The position numbers were made by a program, and so were the translations under genes. Under the pieces are notes generated by a model that was not told the origin of the DNA, ran no database searches, and was given only the letters and a program-made list of their open reading frames with translations. From Planctomycetota bacterium (GTDB lineage: Bacteria; Planctomycetota; Phycisphaerae; WQYP01), in NCBI GenBank assembly GCA_021808485.1, contig JAKBBN010000003.1, positions 3,341 through 67,340 of the forward strand: a stretch of DNA of 64,000 bases. Direction: 5' to 3'. Each line of letters begins with the position of its first letter. Position 1 is the first letter of the stretch. Positions 41,922 to 51,989 of the stretch are shown here, in pieces.

Positions 41922-44564
41922 TCAGTCCGTCTTTTGATCCAGCAGAGGCGCATCTCCCTGCGATTCTTCCGGGGCCACCCGCGCCACACCCACCAGAATA
42001 TCGCTTTCATCCAGCCGGATCAGTCGCACTCCCTGCGTCGCACGGCCCATTTCCCGCAGTTCGCCGGTCACACCGATGCGGACCACCTGCCCACCGCGGG
42101 TAATCATCATCAACTCGTCATTGTCGGAAATGGCCTGTACGCTCACCACAGGTCCATTACGGTCCGAGGTGCGAATATTGATCACACCCTTGCCGCCGCG
42201 ATGCGTGAGGCGGTATTCCTCAATGCGGGTGCGTTTCCCGTAGCCGTTTTCGCATGCCGTCAACAGCGTGATCTGGTTGTCACCATGGTCCAGCCCATGC
42301 GGGATAATGACCATGTCCACCACCACATCGTCAGCGTCCAGTTCAACGCCTTTGACTCCCCCGGCCTGCCGGCCCATGTCGCGTACTTCCGCTTCATCAA
42401 ACCGCACAGCCATGCCGCCGCGGGTGCCCAGCACAATTTGATCATTGCCATTGGTGACCCCCACGCCGATAACGGAATCACCTTTTTCCAGGCCGATCGC
42501 GATAATGCCGCGCTTCATCGGATTGCTGAACGCCTTCAGCAGGGTTTTTTTGATGACACCCTTGGCCGTCGTAATGACCAGATGCTTGGCCTCATCGCTG
42601 AAGTCCCGCACCACCAGCACCTCGGCAAGCTTCTCTTCCGCCTGCATTTCCACCAGATTGGCGATTGCCCGCCCCTTGCTTTGCCGGCTCATCTGCGGCA
42701 CATCATAAACCTTCTGCCAGTAGCAGCGGCCCAGATTGGTGAAAAACATCAGGTAATCATGTGTGGACCCGATAAACAGGTGCTCAATGAAATCCCCCTC
42801 CTTGCTGTCCGCACCCACAATGCCGCGGCCGCCGCGACCCTGTTTGCGGTAGGTATCCAGCGGCATGCGCTTGATGTAGCCTTCATGACTGATGGTCACT
42901 ACCACCTGCTCATCGGCAATCAGATCCTCAATGTTAATGTCCGTGGCTTCGTTGGTGATCTGCGTGCGGCGGTCATCACCATATTTATCCTTCAATTCCA
43001 AAGTGTCTTCGCGGATAACATCCAGCACGCGGTTGTCATCCGCCAGGATCATTTCATAATCGCCAATTTCTTCCGTCAGCCGGTTGTATTCTTCCGTCAG
43101 CTTGTCGATTTCCAGGCCCACCAGCCGCTGAAGTTGCATGGACAATATCGCATCCGCCTGGGCGCTCGAAAGCGTCATGCCGCCGTCCGCGGCCGTCGCC
43201 GCGTCAATCCGCTTGCGGAATGCTTTTGGAATCGCGGCCTTCCATGTCAGTGCTTCGTCAATGCTGAACTTTTTCTTCATCAAGTTCAGCTTCGCGGTGG
43301 GCACATCCGGGCTTATTTTGCGGTTTCGCAAAAGCTCTATCACGCCCATCACATCCACTTTTCCGCCGGCGGACTTGCGCACGTCCTCCGTATGAATGTC
43401 CGCAAGGGCCAGAATTAAACCTTCCAGGATGTGGGCTCGCTGCCGCGCTTTGCGCAAACGGAAAGCCGTCCGCCGCCGGATCACTTCCTTGCGATGCTGA
43501 ATGAAGTATTCAATCATTTCCTTGATGCCCAGGGTGCGGGGCTGGCGGTTCACAAGGGCGATATTGATGATGGAAAAAGTGGATTGCAGCGGAGTAAACT
43601 GGTAAAGCTGGTTGATCACCACGTTGGGATCCGCATCGCGTTTAAGTTCCACCACCACCCGCACATCATGCTCACGGTCGGATTCATCCCGCACATCGGA
43701 AATATCCTTGATCCGTTCTTCCTTCACCTGGTCGGCAATGGATTCAATGATGGTCTTTTTGAGCACCTGGTACGGAATTTCCGATATGACAATCTGCTCC
43801 CGCCCGCCCTTGAGCTGCTCCGTGTGCACACGGCCGCGCACGGTGATCTTCCCCCGCCCGGTTTCGTATCCTTCCACAATGCCGGCCCGTCCGCATATGA
43901 CGCCCCCGGTCGGAAAGTCAGGCCCTTTAATGACTTTCATCAACTCGCGCGTGGTGCACTGCGGCTCGTTTATCACCTTGACAATGCCATCGCACACTTC
44001 CCGCAAATTGTGCGGCGGCAGGCTGGTCGCCATGCCCACCGCGATGCCCTGCGCACCGTTTACCAGCAAATTGGGAAACTTGCTGGGCAGAACCGTCGGT
44101 TCCAGGCGGGCCTCGTCATAATTGGGAATAAAATCAACCGTGTCCTCCTTCAGGTCATCCATCATTTCATGCGATGCATCCGCCATGCGGGCTTCCGTAT
44201 AACGCATCGCCGCCGGGGGATCGCCGTCAATGGAGCCGAAGTTTCCCTGCCCATCGACCAGCAGATGCCGCATGTTCCATTTTTGCGCCATGCGCACCAG
44301 CGTGGGATAAATAACCGCTTCACCGTGGGGGTGGTAATTTCCGGAAGTGTCGCCGGCGATTTTCGCGCATTTGCGATGTTTGCTTCGCGGCGTGAGCTGC
44401 AGATCATTCATCGCCACCAGAATGCGCCGCTGCGAAGGCTTAAGCCCGTCACGCACGTCCGGCAAGGCACGATCCATGATCGTGCTCATGGCATACGTGA
44501 GATAACTTTCCTGCAATTCGGTTTCAATTTGCAGATCATTGATCCGGGAATCCTGGTCGTACAT
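41922..44564 (-). CDS. gyrA: DNA gyrase subunit A
   Basis: SYLTYAMSTIMDRALPDVRDGLKPSQRRIL, the active-site region AMRYTE and C-terminal beta-pinwheel repeats. GAGGA lies 8 nt upstream of ATG 44564. Confidence 0.95.
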   Translation of the reverse strand: MYDQDSRINDLQIETELQESYLTYAMSTIMDRALPDVRDGLKPSQRRILVAMNDLQLTPRSKHRKCAKIAGDTSGNYHPHGEAVIYPTLVRMAQKWNMRHLLVDGQGNFGSIDGDPPAAMRYTEARMADASHEMMDDLKEDTVDFIPNYDEARLEPTVLPSKFPNLLVNGAQGIAVGMATSLPPHNLREVCDGIVKVINEPQCTTRELMKVIKGPDFPTGGVICGRAGIVEGYETGRGKITVRGRVHTEQLKGGREQIVISEIPYQVLKKTIIESIADQVKEERIKDISDVRDESDREHDVRVVVELKRDADPNVVINQLYQFTPLQSTFSIINIALVNRQPRTLGIKEMIEYFIQHRKEVIRRRTAFRLRKARQRAHILEGLILALADIHTEDVRKSAGGKVDVMGVIELLRNRKISPDVPTAKLNLMKKKFSIDEALTWKAAIPKAFRKRIDAATAADGGMTLSSAQADAILSMQLQRLVGLEIDKLTEEYNRLTEEIGDYEMILADDNRVLDVIREDTLELKDKYGDDRRTQITNEATDINIEDLIADEQVVVTISHEGYIKRMPLDTYRKQGRGGRGIVGADSKEGDFIEHLFIGSTHDYLMFFTNLGRCYWQKVYDVPQMSRQSKGRAIANLVEMQAEEKLAEVLVVRDFSDEAKHLVITTAKGVIKKTLLKAFSNPMKRGIIAIGLEKGDSVIGVGVTNGNDQIVLGTRGGMAVRFDEAEVRDMGRQAGGVKGVELDADDVVVDMVIIPHGLDHGDNQITLLTACENGYGKRTRIEEYRLTHRGGKGVINIRTSDRNGPVVSVQAISDNDELMMITRGGQVVRIGVTGELREMGRATQGVRLIRLDESDILVGVARVAPEESQGDAPLLDQKTD

Positions 44565-44752
44565 TGAAAGGTCCTCATGCCTTGAAAGAGGCGGCATTTC
44601 CGTTGCCGGCCGTACGGGCGATTTTTCCCGCTTTTCGATATCCCGATTATGTTACCACATGCGGGCATAACCCGCGACCCGGCGGCGGCCCGCCCGCCAT
44701 CGGCCAACGGGTAAATTTCCTCACGCCGCGGAAGCCCCATCCTGCTCTTGAT

Positions 44753-45463
44753 TCACGTAAGCCCGATCCACGAATCCAGTTCGCCAAAATCCAATTGGGC
44801 CAGATCCTCCACCGCATATTCCGACCAGTTGCGCACATGATCCAACGGGGAATTCGTCGCCACGCCCAGCACACGCATGCCCGCTCCGTGCGCGGCAATC
44901 GCCCCGCCGTTGGTGTCTTCAATCACCAAACTTTGGCGGGCCGGAAATTCCCGCTCGTCACGTTCATTAAGCAATTGCAGCGTTCTACTGTAACCCTCCG
45001 GATGTGGTTTGCCTTGGCGCACATCTTCAATGGCCGTTATCACAGGAAAATAATCCGCAATACCGAATGCCGCCAACAAAGGCTCAATCTCATGGTGCCG
45101 CGCTCCGCTGCATATTCCCGTGGGCACCTTGCGATCCGCAAGATGACTCAGCAACTGCCGCACTCCCGGCAACAGACCGGCATGCTGCACAATGTCCCGG
45201 TCTATTACCCGGTCTTTCGCGGAAACCAATGCCGCCACGAGTTCCCGGTTTGCCTCAATACCCGCGTCCCGCAGCACCAGATCAAACCCCTCGCTGGAAC
45301 CATAAACAATGTATCGCGAAAAATATCGCTCCGGCGTAAGCACAATGTCCTTGCCCAACCGCTCTCGCAGCTCCTTCAGGGCGTGGTTATACGCCATAAG
45401 GTGAATTTCCTCGGTATTGGCAATCACGCCGTCAAAATCAAATATCACGCAGCCATGGGTCAT
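44753..45463 (-). CDS. HAD-superfamily hydrolase (beta-phosphoglucomutase-like subfamily)
   Basis: DFDGVIANTE motif I, S/T motif II and C-terminal ..EDT.GG..AA..AG. AGGAG lies 8 nt upstream of ATG 45463. Confidence 0.85.
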   Translation of the reverse strand: MTHGCVIFDFDGVIANTEEIHLMAYNHALKELRERLGKDIVLTPERYFSRYIVYGSSEGFDLVLRDAGIEANRELVAALVSAKDRVIDRDIVQHAGLLPGVRQLLSHLADRKVPTGICSGARHHEIEPLLAAFGIADYFPVITAIEDVRQGKPHPEGYSRTLQLLNERDEREFPARQSLVIEDTNGGAIAAHGAGMRVLGVATNSPLDHVRNWSEYAVEDLAQLDFGELDSWIGLT

Positions 45464-45680
45464 TTCCATACTCCTGTTACAGCAGCATTTCCGGCTGCCC
45501 AGCATAACCGATGATTCTATAAAGAGCCCAAATTCGGTTAACGCTCAATTCATCTGTTTTTGTTTCACCGGTCGCGAACCGCCGGATTCGTTCCAAAATG
45601 CCGCCCCGAATGTGATTGCGAAAATTTCGCGTTATCGCTTTTACCGCTGCCCGCTCTCGCATATACTTTTACGCTTTCAT

Positions 45681-45716
45681 GGCATGAGCCGGCCTGTGGT
45701 TTGGCCGGACCATGCC
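45681..45716 (+). other. Nested hairpin in the pfk leader
   Basis: GGCATG-A-GCCGGCC-TGTGGTTT-GGCCGG-AC-CATGCC, 24 nt upstream of ATG 45740. Confidence 0.3.
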
Positions 45717-45739
45717 GGATGTGAATGGAGCATGCAAAC

Positions 45740-46972
45740 ATGTCAGCAAAAGGCAATGCCGCCATCGGCCAGTCGGGCGGTCCAACCGCGGTTATCAACC
45801 AATCTCTGGTCGGTGTGATTGAAGAACTTGGACGACAGCCTCAAATTGGCCGGATACTCGGGGCCCGGCACGGCGTTCGCGGCATTATTAACGGTGATTT
45901 TGTCCCGCTTAACAATCTGTCGGCGGAACTTCTGGAACAAGTCGCCCAGACCCCTTCCAGCGCATTAGGCTCCACCCGGGATAAGCCGGATGAACAGTAT
46001 TGCGTAAAACTGCTGGAATCCTTTAAAAAGCATGACGTGCAGTATTTCTTTTACATCGGCGGGAATGATTCGGCGGATACGGCCCGCATCGTGGCCGAAA
46101 TGGCCGCCAAATCCGGCCACCCCCTCCGCGTGTACCATGTTCCCAAAACCATTGACAATGACCTGCGCACCACGGACCACTGCCCCGGATATGGATCCGC
46201 CGCACGCTTTGTCGCGCTGGCCCTGATGGGCGATGACTTGGACAATCGCTCGCTCAAGGGTGTAAAAATTGATATTATCATGGGGCGTGATGCCGGTTGG
46301 CTGACCGCCGCTTCCGCCCTCGCCCGTCATGAGGATACCGACGGACCACATTTAATTTACGTTCCGGAAGTGGACTTCAGCGAGGACAAATTCCTTGCCG
46401 ATGTTGACCGCGTTTACACCAAGCTCGGCCGCTGCGTTGTGGCCGCCAGTGAGGGCATCCGCTTTAAAGCCGGTGACAAAAACTCGCTGGTGACGGAAAA
46501 GGCTGTGCAGGGCGGCGAAGTCGATGCCCACGGCAACAAGCAACTTTCCGGTACCGGCGCACTCGGAGATTACCTTTCCGATCTGGTAAAAAACAAACTT
46601 GGCGCCCAGCTTCAAAAATCCACCGGCGCCAAAATGCGCGTCCGGGCCGATACCTTCGGCTATCTCCAGCGCAGCTTCCCCACCATTGTCAGCCCGACGG
46701 ATGCGTTCGAAGCCCGACTCTGTGGCGCCATGGCCGTGCGCTATGCCCTGTCCGCACCGGAAGGCCTGACCAGCGGATCGGTGGCCATGCGCCGCGTCAG
46801 CGAACATCCGTACAAAATTGAAACCTTTGCCACGGCGCTGGGCAATGTCGCCCGCCAAACCAAACCACTGGACGCCACGTGGGTTATCAACGGCTGCGAT
46901 GTGGCTGCGGATTTTGTGACGTATGCCAAGCCGCTCGTCGGCCCGCTGCCCATCCCGGGCAAACTGATCTGA
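45740..46972 (+). CDS. 6-phosphofructokinase, PfkA family (ATP- or PPi-dependent, not resolved)
   Basis: GQSGGPTAVIN, FFYIGGNDS, PKTIDNDL and IMGRDAGWL. GGAG lies 9 nt upstream of ATG 45740. Confidence 0.9.
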   Translation: MSAKGNAAIGQSGGPTAVINQSLVGVIEELGRQPQIGRILGARHGVRGIINGDFVPLNNLSAELLEQVAQTPSSALGSTRDKPDEQYCVKLLESFKKHDVQYFFYIGGNDSADTARIVAEMAAKSGHPLRVYHVPKTIDNDLRTTDHCPGYGSAARFVALALMGDDLDNRSLKGVKIDIIMGRDAGWLTAASALARHEDTDGPHLIYVPEVDFSEDKFLADVDRVYTKLGRCVVAASEGIRFKAGDKNSLVTEKAVQGGEVDAHGNKQLSGTGALGDYLSDLVKNKLGAQLQKSTGAKMRVRADTFGYLQRSFPTIVSPTDAFEARLCGAMAVRYALSAPEGLTSGSVAMRRVSEHPYKIETFATALGNVARQTKPLDATWVINGCDVAADFVTYAKPLVGPLPIPGKLI

Positions 46973-46988
46973 CCGTTGGCGCCCCCGC

Positions 46989-48962
46989 TCAATCCATGCG
47001 CAAACTCACCACGTACGGCTTTTTCATGCCGATGTGCAGTTTTTGGGCAAATGTGCGGCCGTTGGTTTGCAACACCGCGGCATAATGTCCGCCCGCTGAG
47101 AGCCATAGTTTCACAGCGCCGTGAACCGCCACATTGGCGATCAGCCGCCCCGCCCGATGCAATATCAGCCGCACGGGATGCCGCCCCGCCGCGCCCGTCA
47201 GTCGCAACGTTACCAGCCGGCGGTGATAATAATCCGCGGAAACATCTTCCGCATAGACACTGTGATCATTCAGATTCCACACCATCGGAAACCAGTTGCC
47301 GGGATCGCCCGGCTTCCGCCGAAAAGTCATGGCATATATCCGATGGGCATACACACCGTCCAACATGACGTTCCGCGCCGGATACGCCAGAGACGCATTG
47401 GCCAGAAACCATGTGTGATCCAGCGGCGAAACTTCCGATGCGCCCAGTACATGCCACTGCCCATCCCAGATTTCAACCCACGTATGATTGCCCGCATTAT
47501 TGCCGTTTGCGTCACCGCGATGAATTGCCCACATCGGCGTACCTACCGCCCGCGCCGGGACGCCCACACTGCGGCAGGCATCCACCAATAAAATGGACAA
47601 CCCGCTGCACGACGCATAATGCGCCGCCGCCGATTCCGCCGGACTTTGATTCGGTTTGGGCCGCTTTACTGCGTTGTAACTGACCCGTAGAAGCGGAAAA
47701 ATTGCCTTGTTCAGCGCCAGCGCCGCGGCGCCCGCGGAAGTGCAATGCGCTACGATTTGCCGACACATCGGTCCCAGCCGCTGCCGCCAATTGCCGCGGG
47801 TTTCATCCAGATTTGCATACGGCAGCACATACTGCAGAAATACCCGGGGCGGAACATAACTGTGCCATGGCCGGTCCTGCATCGCCTGATAAGACAAGGA
47901 CACATCCCGCGCAAGATACGCCCCGGAAAGCGATCGTAAATCGTGCCGCGGCATGTTGGCCAACAAAAATGACAGTGCCGGCCGCCGGCTTTCCGGCAGC
48001 AGTGCATAACCTTTTACCAGTCTGGATTCGTTGGCGCCCGCGGCGGCCAGCGCCCGGATGACGCCGCTGCGATTGTGGGCGGGAATCAGGCGAAGCGCGG
48101 CCTTGCTTGCCTTGTAAAACACCACGTCAAATTTATCGCCGTGCATATTGCCGCAGCGGGAAAGAATGGTATTGCCGCCCATTTTCAGCCGAACGGATGC
48201 CGACATCGCCGCCGCCGTGCAGACCACGTCGTTGGCGCTGGTACGATACACCCCGTGCAAATCCGACCCGTCCACCACCAGGACCTGCCGCGAATGCGGA
48301 ATTGCAAACACCGCCACGGCGTGCGTCAGTTGCGGGTTAAATGGAACCACGTACCGTCCCGCGGCCTGCCGCACAACCTGATGCCACTGTCTCGCCCGAT
48401 CGCCGTGATTCAGAATCGCGGCATAGGGCGTCCAGATTATCACCGGTCCTTTATGCAGCCGCCGCCTTAAACGATCAATCAGCTTACGGCGTTCTCCCGG
48501 TGCAAATTCAACCGTGGCCTGAAAAATCAGCCGATGCGTACGCGGATCGGCCTGTATCTTGACGGTAGGCAGCTTTCGCGTCGCCAGCGAAAAATTCGCG
48601 CCGATCAGATTGGTAACATGATGGCCATTCCAGACCATTTTCCCCGAATCCACCATTTTTCCGGTCCATGGCGCCCAGCCAAAGTAGGCCCCATATCCCG
48701 TGGAATTCAATGGATCCAAAAATGTCTTTCGCTCAAATGCCGCCCGATTCGCCGGTGTCATCCCCGGCCCCGGACCGTAAAAATAGGTCATCACGGACCC
48801 CAGCGCATTGTACGAGCACTGGTCAAAATGCCACACCAGCAATTTACGCTCCGCCCGCGTAATTCGCGGAGTCGCCGGGACGCCCGCCCGTGCTCCCACT
48901 GTGAATAACAGTACAATCAATACGGCAAGTATGGTGAATTTTTGTCCGGATAGTCGCAGCAT
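46989..48962 (-). CDS. Secreted transglutaminase-like cysteine-protease-fold protein
   Basis: Signal peptide, the core CSGLSILLVDACRSVGVPARAVG ... GNHTWVEIWDGQW, and a strong SD AAGGAGG upstream. Confidence 0.8.
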   Translation of the reverse strand: MLRLSGQKFTILAVLIVLLFTVGARAGVPATPRITRAERKLLVWHFDQCSYNALGSVMTYFYGPGPGMTPANRAAFERKTFLDPLNSTGYGAYFGWAPWTGKMVDSGKMVWNGHHVTNLIGANFSLATRKLPTVKIQADPRTHRLIFQATVEFAPGERRKLIDRLRRRLHKGPVIIWTPYAAILNHGDRARQWHQVVRQAAGRYVVPFNPQLTHAVAVFAIPHSRQVLVVDGSDLHGVYRTSANDVVCTAAAMSASVRLKMGGNTILSRCGNMHGDKFDVVFYKASKAALRLIPAHNRSGVIRALAAAGANESRLVKGYALLPESRRPALSFLLANMPRHDLRSLSGAYLARDVSLSYQAMQDRPWHSYVPPRVFLQYVLPYANLDETRGNWRQRLGPMCRQIVAHCTSAGAAALALNKAIFPLLRVSYNAVKRPKPNQSPAESAAAHYASCSGLSILLVDACRSVGVPARAVGTPMWAIHRGDANGNNAGNHTWVEIWDGQWHVLGASEVSPLDHTWFLANASLAYPARNVMLDGVYAHRIYAMTFRRKPGDPGNWFPMVWNLNDHSVYAEDVSADYYHRRLVTLRLTGAAGRHPVRLILHRAGRLIANVAVHGAVKLWLSAGGHYAAVLQTNGRTFAQKLHIGMKKPYVVSLRMD

Positions 48963-49179
48963 GTATCCTCCTTAATTCAGCAACACTTCACTTCAAAAAC
49001 CCGATGAATCACGGACTACAGGTTACCGGCGGACCGGCGGACAGAAAATAATTGAACTCTACTACAAGAAAGGTTACGGCATTCGGCCGCGGTGGGCAAC
49101 CATGGCGAAAAAAAACGCCCCGTGCGCCCCGGCAATGCTTGCCGCCCGCCGCCCGTGCCTGCCGGGCCTGCACCATTAT

Positions 49180-50382
49180 TCACCCGGCGGCCAGCAGCCC
49201 CAGCGTCTCCTCTATCACCGCAGCTGGGCTCGACCAAACAAAGAAAAATGTGCTCTCGCGCGCACGGCGCTGGGCGGCATGGGCCATGGACAAGCCCCTT
49301 CCTTTGGCCAGTTCAAGCGCAGCCATCGCCGCCCGACTGCACAATAAATTGGCCCGGGCTCGCAGCCTGGATTTATCCGCCAAACCCGCAATACTGCCCC
49401 CCGCCTCCACAGCAAGAACCGCCCGTTCCTTTCCAACGGCTTTTCCGTCTCGGCCCAAGGCGCACACGGCGGCATTCAGCTGTTGCCATTGCTGCTCCAG
49501 ACGTTTCACAGCCTGTCGACATTCCACGGATCGCGCGGAAGCCAATTCCCGCGCCATGTCCAATGCACCCGCAGCCACGCCCAACGGCAGAATGCACGTA
49601 TTCAGGCTCAACCGACCGCGACCCCGCCGGACAGACATCACATCGGCCGCCGGCCCGGCCAGGACTTCCCCATCCATAATGCGCACCCCGGACAATGTAA
49701 CCGAAGCCGTATCGCTGGCGTTCAGCACCGCCATTTCCTGCGCCGGCTGCACCCTCACACCCGCTCGCCGCATCGGCAGCAAAAATAAAATCTGCCCCTT
49801 TTCACCGGCGGGCGGCTCCGGCTCATTTGCAACCGCGGCACCGGCCACAATCCAGTCCGCATGATGCGCACCGGTAGCCCATGGTATGACGCCGCTCACA
49901 CTCCAGCCGCCGGCGATCCGGTCGGCCGTTACCGCCGGCAGATGATGCTGCCCCGATGTGGTGATCTGGGAAATGCCGATGGTAATGAAGCGGCGGCCGC
50001 CGGCCGCCTGACGCAGCAGCTTTTCCGCCAGAGGATGCCGCCGACAACAGTTCAAAAATTCGATGGCGGCATCGCGCTGGGTCAGGATCAGAGCTGTTGT
50101 AAGACAGGCCGCGGCTATCTGCTGATAACGGTTATGCAGAGTCCGTGCGGGCAGTGGATAGCCCCAAAAACCGCGCGGAATCGTCCATCCCATGGCGCCG
50201 CAGGTGCTTAATAACCGCAGGTTTTCCTTCGGCCATCGGCCGGATTGGTCAATAAGGCAGGCGCGGCTTTCAAGCGTGCGCCGCACCTGAATCCAGCGCT
50301 GCGCCGCAGTTGACACGGATCGGCCAGGGTGGACGGCCCGTGCCGCGGGGTTCTGCCGGCGAAGTTGTCCGTTTTGTTCCAT
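49180..50382 (-). CDS. Acyl-CoA dehydrogenase-fold protein
   Basis: ACAD-like order: an N-terminal helical part (ENLRLLSTCGAMGWTIP), a middle beta domain (GGWSVSGVIPWATG) and a C-terminal helical domain. The start is uncertain: ATG 50382 or TTG 50403. Confidence 0.7.
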   Translation of the reverse strand: MEQNGQLRRQNPAARAVHPGRSVSTAAQRWIQVRRTLESRACLIDQSGRWPKENLRLLSTCGAMGWTIPRGFWGYPLPARTLHNRYQQIAAACLTTALILTQRDAAIEFLNCCRRHPLAEKLLRQAAGGRRFITIGISQITTSGQHHLPAVTADRIAGGWSVSGVIPWATGAHHADWIVAGAAVANEPEPPAGEKGQILFLLPMRRAGVRVQPAQEMAVLNASDTASVTLSGVRIMDGEVLAGPAADVMSVRRGRGRLSLNTCILPLGVAAGALDMARELASARSVECRQAVKRLEQQWQQLNAAVCALGRDGKAVGKERAVLAVEAGGSIAGLADKSRLRARANLLCSRAAMAALELAKGRGLSMAHAAQRRARESTFFFVWSSPAAVIEETLGLLAAG

Positions 50383-50429
50383 GCAGGGATTGTAGGCATT
50401 CAATCAAGTTATGATAAGCGAACAGCAGA

Positions 50430-51902
50430 TCAGGAAAATATTCCCGCCAGCCCGGCGTACACGCCTACAACCGATGTGAGCACCACAATACCGCCCACAA
50501 TCCATGCATAACGACCCTTCAGCCGCCAAGGTTCTGGAATCGCGCGAATTGACAGCATAAAAAGAAAGCCCAGCACCACTGGCAGCAGCAGGGCATTCAT
50601 CACTTCAACGCCGACGGACAATCGCACCAGGTTAACCCCGGAAAGGACAATGCCGCCCCCGGCCAGCAAACTTAATATGTACACAATATAAAACCATGGC
50701 GCCTCGAATGGATGATGCGCCAAAGAACGTTTATAGCCCGTCACCTCACCCAGCCCCCATGCCGCCGTCAGCGATACCACAATCGTTGCCACCAACGCCG
50801 CTCCCAGCATACCCATGGCAAATACAACCCGGCCCCAGTAAGACCCGATCAACGGTGTCAGCGCATGGGCGATTTCCTGCACGGAATCCAGCGGAACCTT
50901 GGGGTTCGTGCGGCCGATGGTGGATGCCGTAAGAATAAGAATTGAGGCCATGATAAATTGGGTCACACATGCGCCGATGAACGTATCCCACCGGGCCGCA
51001 CGTATCTGCGATAATGAAAGGCCCTTATCAATCACCGCCGATTGCTGGTAAAACACCATCCACGGCATGATCACCGCCCCGACATTTCCCGCCACGAGAA
51101 ACAAAAAATCCCGATTGGCCAGCGGCATATGTGCGGAATCCAGCAGCATGCTATGCACACTGGGATGCGCCACAAACGCCATGGCGATAAAGGCAAATTC
51201 AAACAGACCTATGCAGAGTGCCACAATTTCAACCTGGCGGTAACCGCCGGAGGCCACCACAATAACCAGAAACAGCACGGTCGCCCCAATGCTGGCCCAT
51301 TGCGGAATTCCGAACAACAGCCCTACGCCGGAGATGCCGGCAAATTCCGTAAGCAGCGCGCCTACGCAGGAGACAACCAGCGTGGCCACGGAAATCCAGG
51401 CCCAAAAAGGCCCAAACTGTTCTTTAATCAGTTCGCCATGTCCGCGCTGCGTGGTTAAACCCAGGCGCACCGTCAGTTCCTGCACGATATAAAGAATAGG
51501 CACCAGCACAATTTGAAACACGAGAAGCTTGTAGGCAAATTGGGCGCCGCTTTGCGCTGCCGTAATAGCGCTGCCCGCGTCCGTGTCCGCCAGCATCACC
51601 ACCAGGCCCGGCCCCATGACCAGCAGCATTAATTTCCAGAAGGGAAGATTGATGAAAGCCGACTTATTCTCCGGCGATTGCGACTTGGCCGATCCGATAT
51701 CGCCGGAGGTCGACCCGGCTGGCGATTTTGCGGTCGAGGATGCTTTCAAGTTATGGTCTGAACCAACTGGCATAAATACCGAATCCTGACCTTGCCGCTC
51801 TTTTGCAAATAAAGAATACCCGCCAATAAGGCGATTCAGTGTACCGGGAACCGCACGGCTTACAGCGATTGGCAATATAAGACAATTGAGACTCAGTTTC
51901 AA
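50430..51902 (-). CDS. NRAMP-family divalent metal cation transporter
   Basis: GPGLVVMLADTDAGSAITAAQSGAQFAYKLL and multiple TM helices. The start is uncertain: TTG 51902, or the internal ATG giving MPVGSD. Confidence 0.85.
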   Translation of the reverse strand: MKLSLNCLILPIAVSRAVPGTLNRLIGGYSLFAKERQGQDSVFMPVGSDHNLKASSTAKSPAGSTSGDIGSAKSQSPENKSAFINLPFWKLMLLVMGPGLVVMLADTDAGSAITAAQSGAQFAYKLLVFQIVLVPILYIVQELTVRLGLTTQRGHGELIKEQFGPFWAWISVATLVVSCVGALLTEFAGISGVGLLFGIPQWASIGATVLFLVIVVASGGYRQVEIVALCIGLFEFAFIAMAFVAHPSVHSMLLDSAHMPLANRDFLFLVAGNVGAVIMPWMVFYQQSAVIDKGLSLSQIRAARWDTFIGACVTQFIMASILILTASTIGRTNPKVPLDSVQEIAHALTPLIGSYWGRVVFAMGMLGAALVATIVVSLTAAWGLGEVTGYKRSLAHHPFEAPWFYIVYILSLLAGGGIVLSGVNLVRLSVGVEVMNALLLPVVLGFLFMLSIRAIPEPWRLKGRYAWIVGGIVVLTSVVGVYAGLAGIFS

Positions 51903-51975
51903 TTAAATCCAGCCCCTTCATTTATAATTCGCCAAACTGTAAATAATGACCACTTTCTACCATCGCTGACGTCGC

Positions 51976-51981
51976 TATAAT
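51976..51981 (+). promoter_or_regulatory. Canonical -10 box 8 nt upstream of the ferredoxin ATG
   Basis: TATAAT, then CCAAGTTG, then ATG at 51990. No SD is present. Confidence 0.25.
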
Positions 51982-51989
51982 CCAAGTTG

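Noticed and set aside
41784-44567. Two very long plus-strand ORFs (544 and 378 aa) exactly antisense to gyrA.
   Set aside because: Their products are low-complexity (H/R/A/G-rich) with no recognisable motifs. They mirror the gyrA frame, and gyrA is unmistakable. Long stop-free antisense frames are expected at this GC content.
49052-49864. A 270-aa plus-strand ORF overlapping the end of the ACAD-fold gene and the spacer before it.
   Set aside because: Its translation is Pro/Ala/Arg/Ser-rich and lacks an SD. The opposite strand gives a coherent ACAD-like protein.
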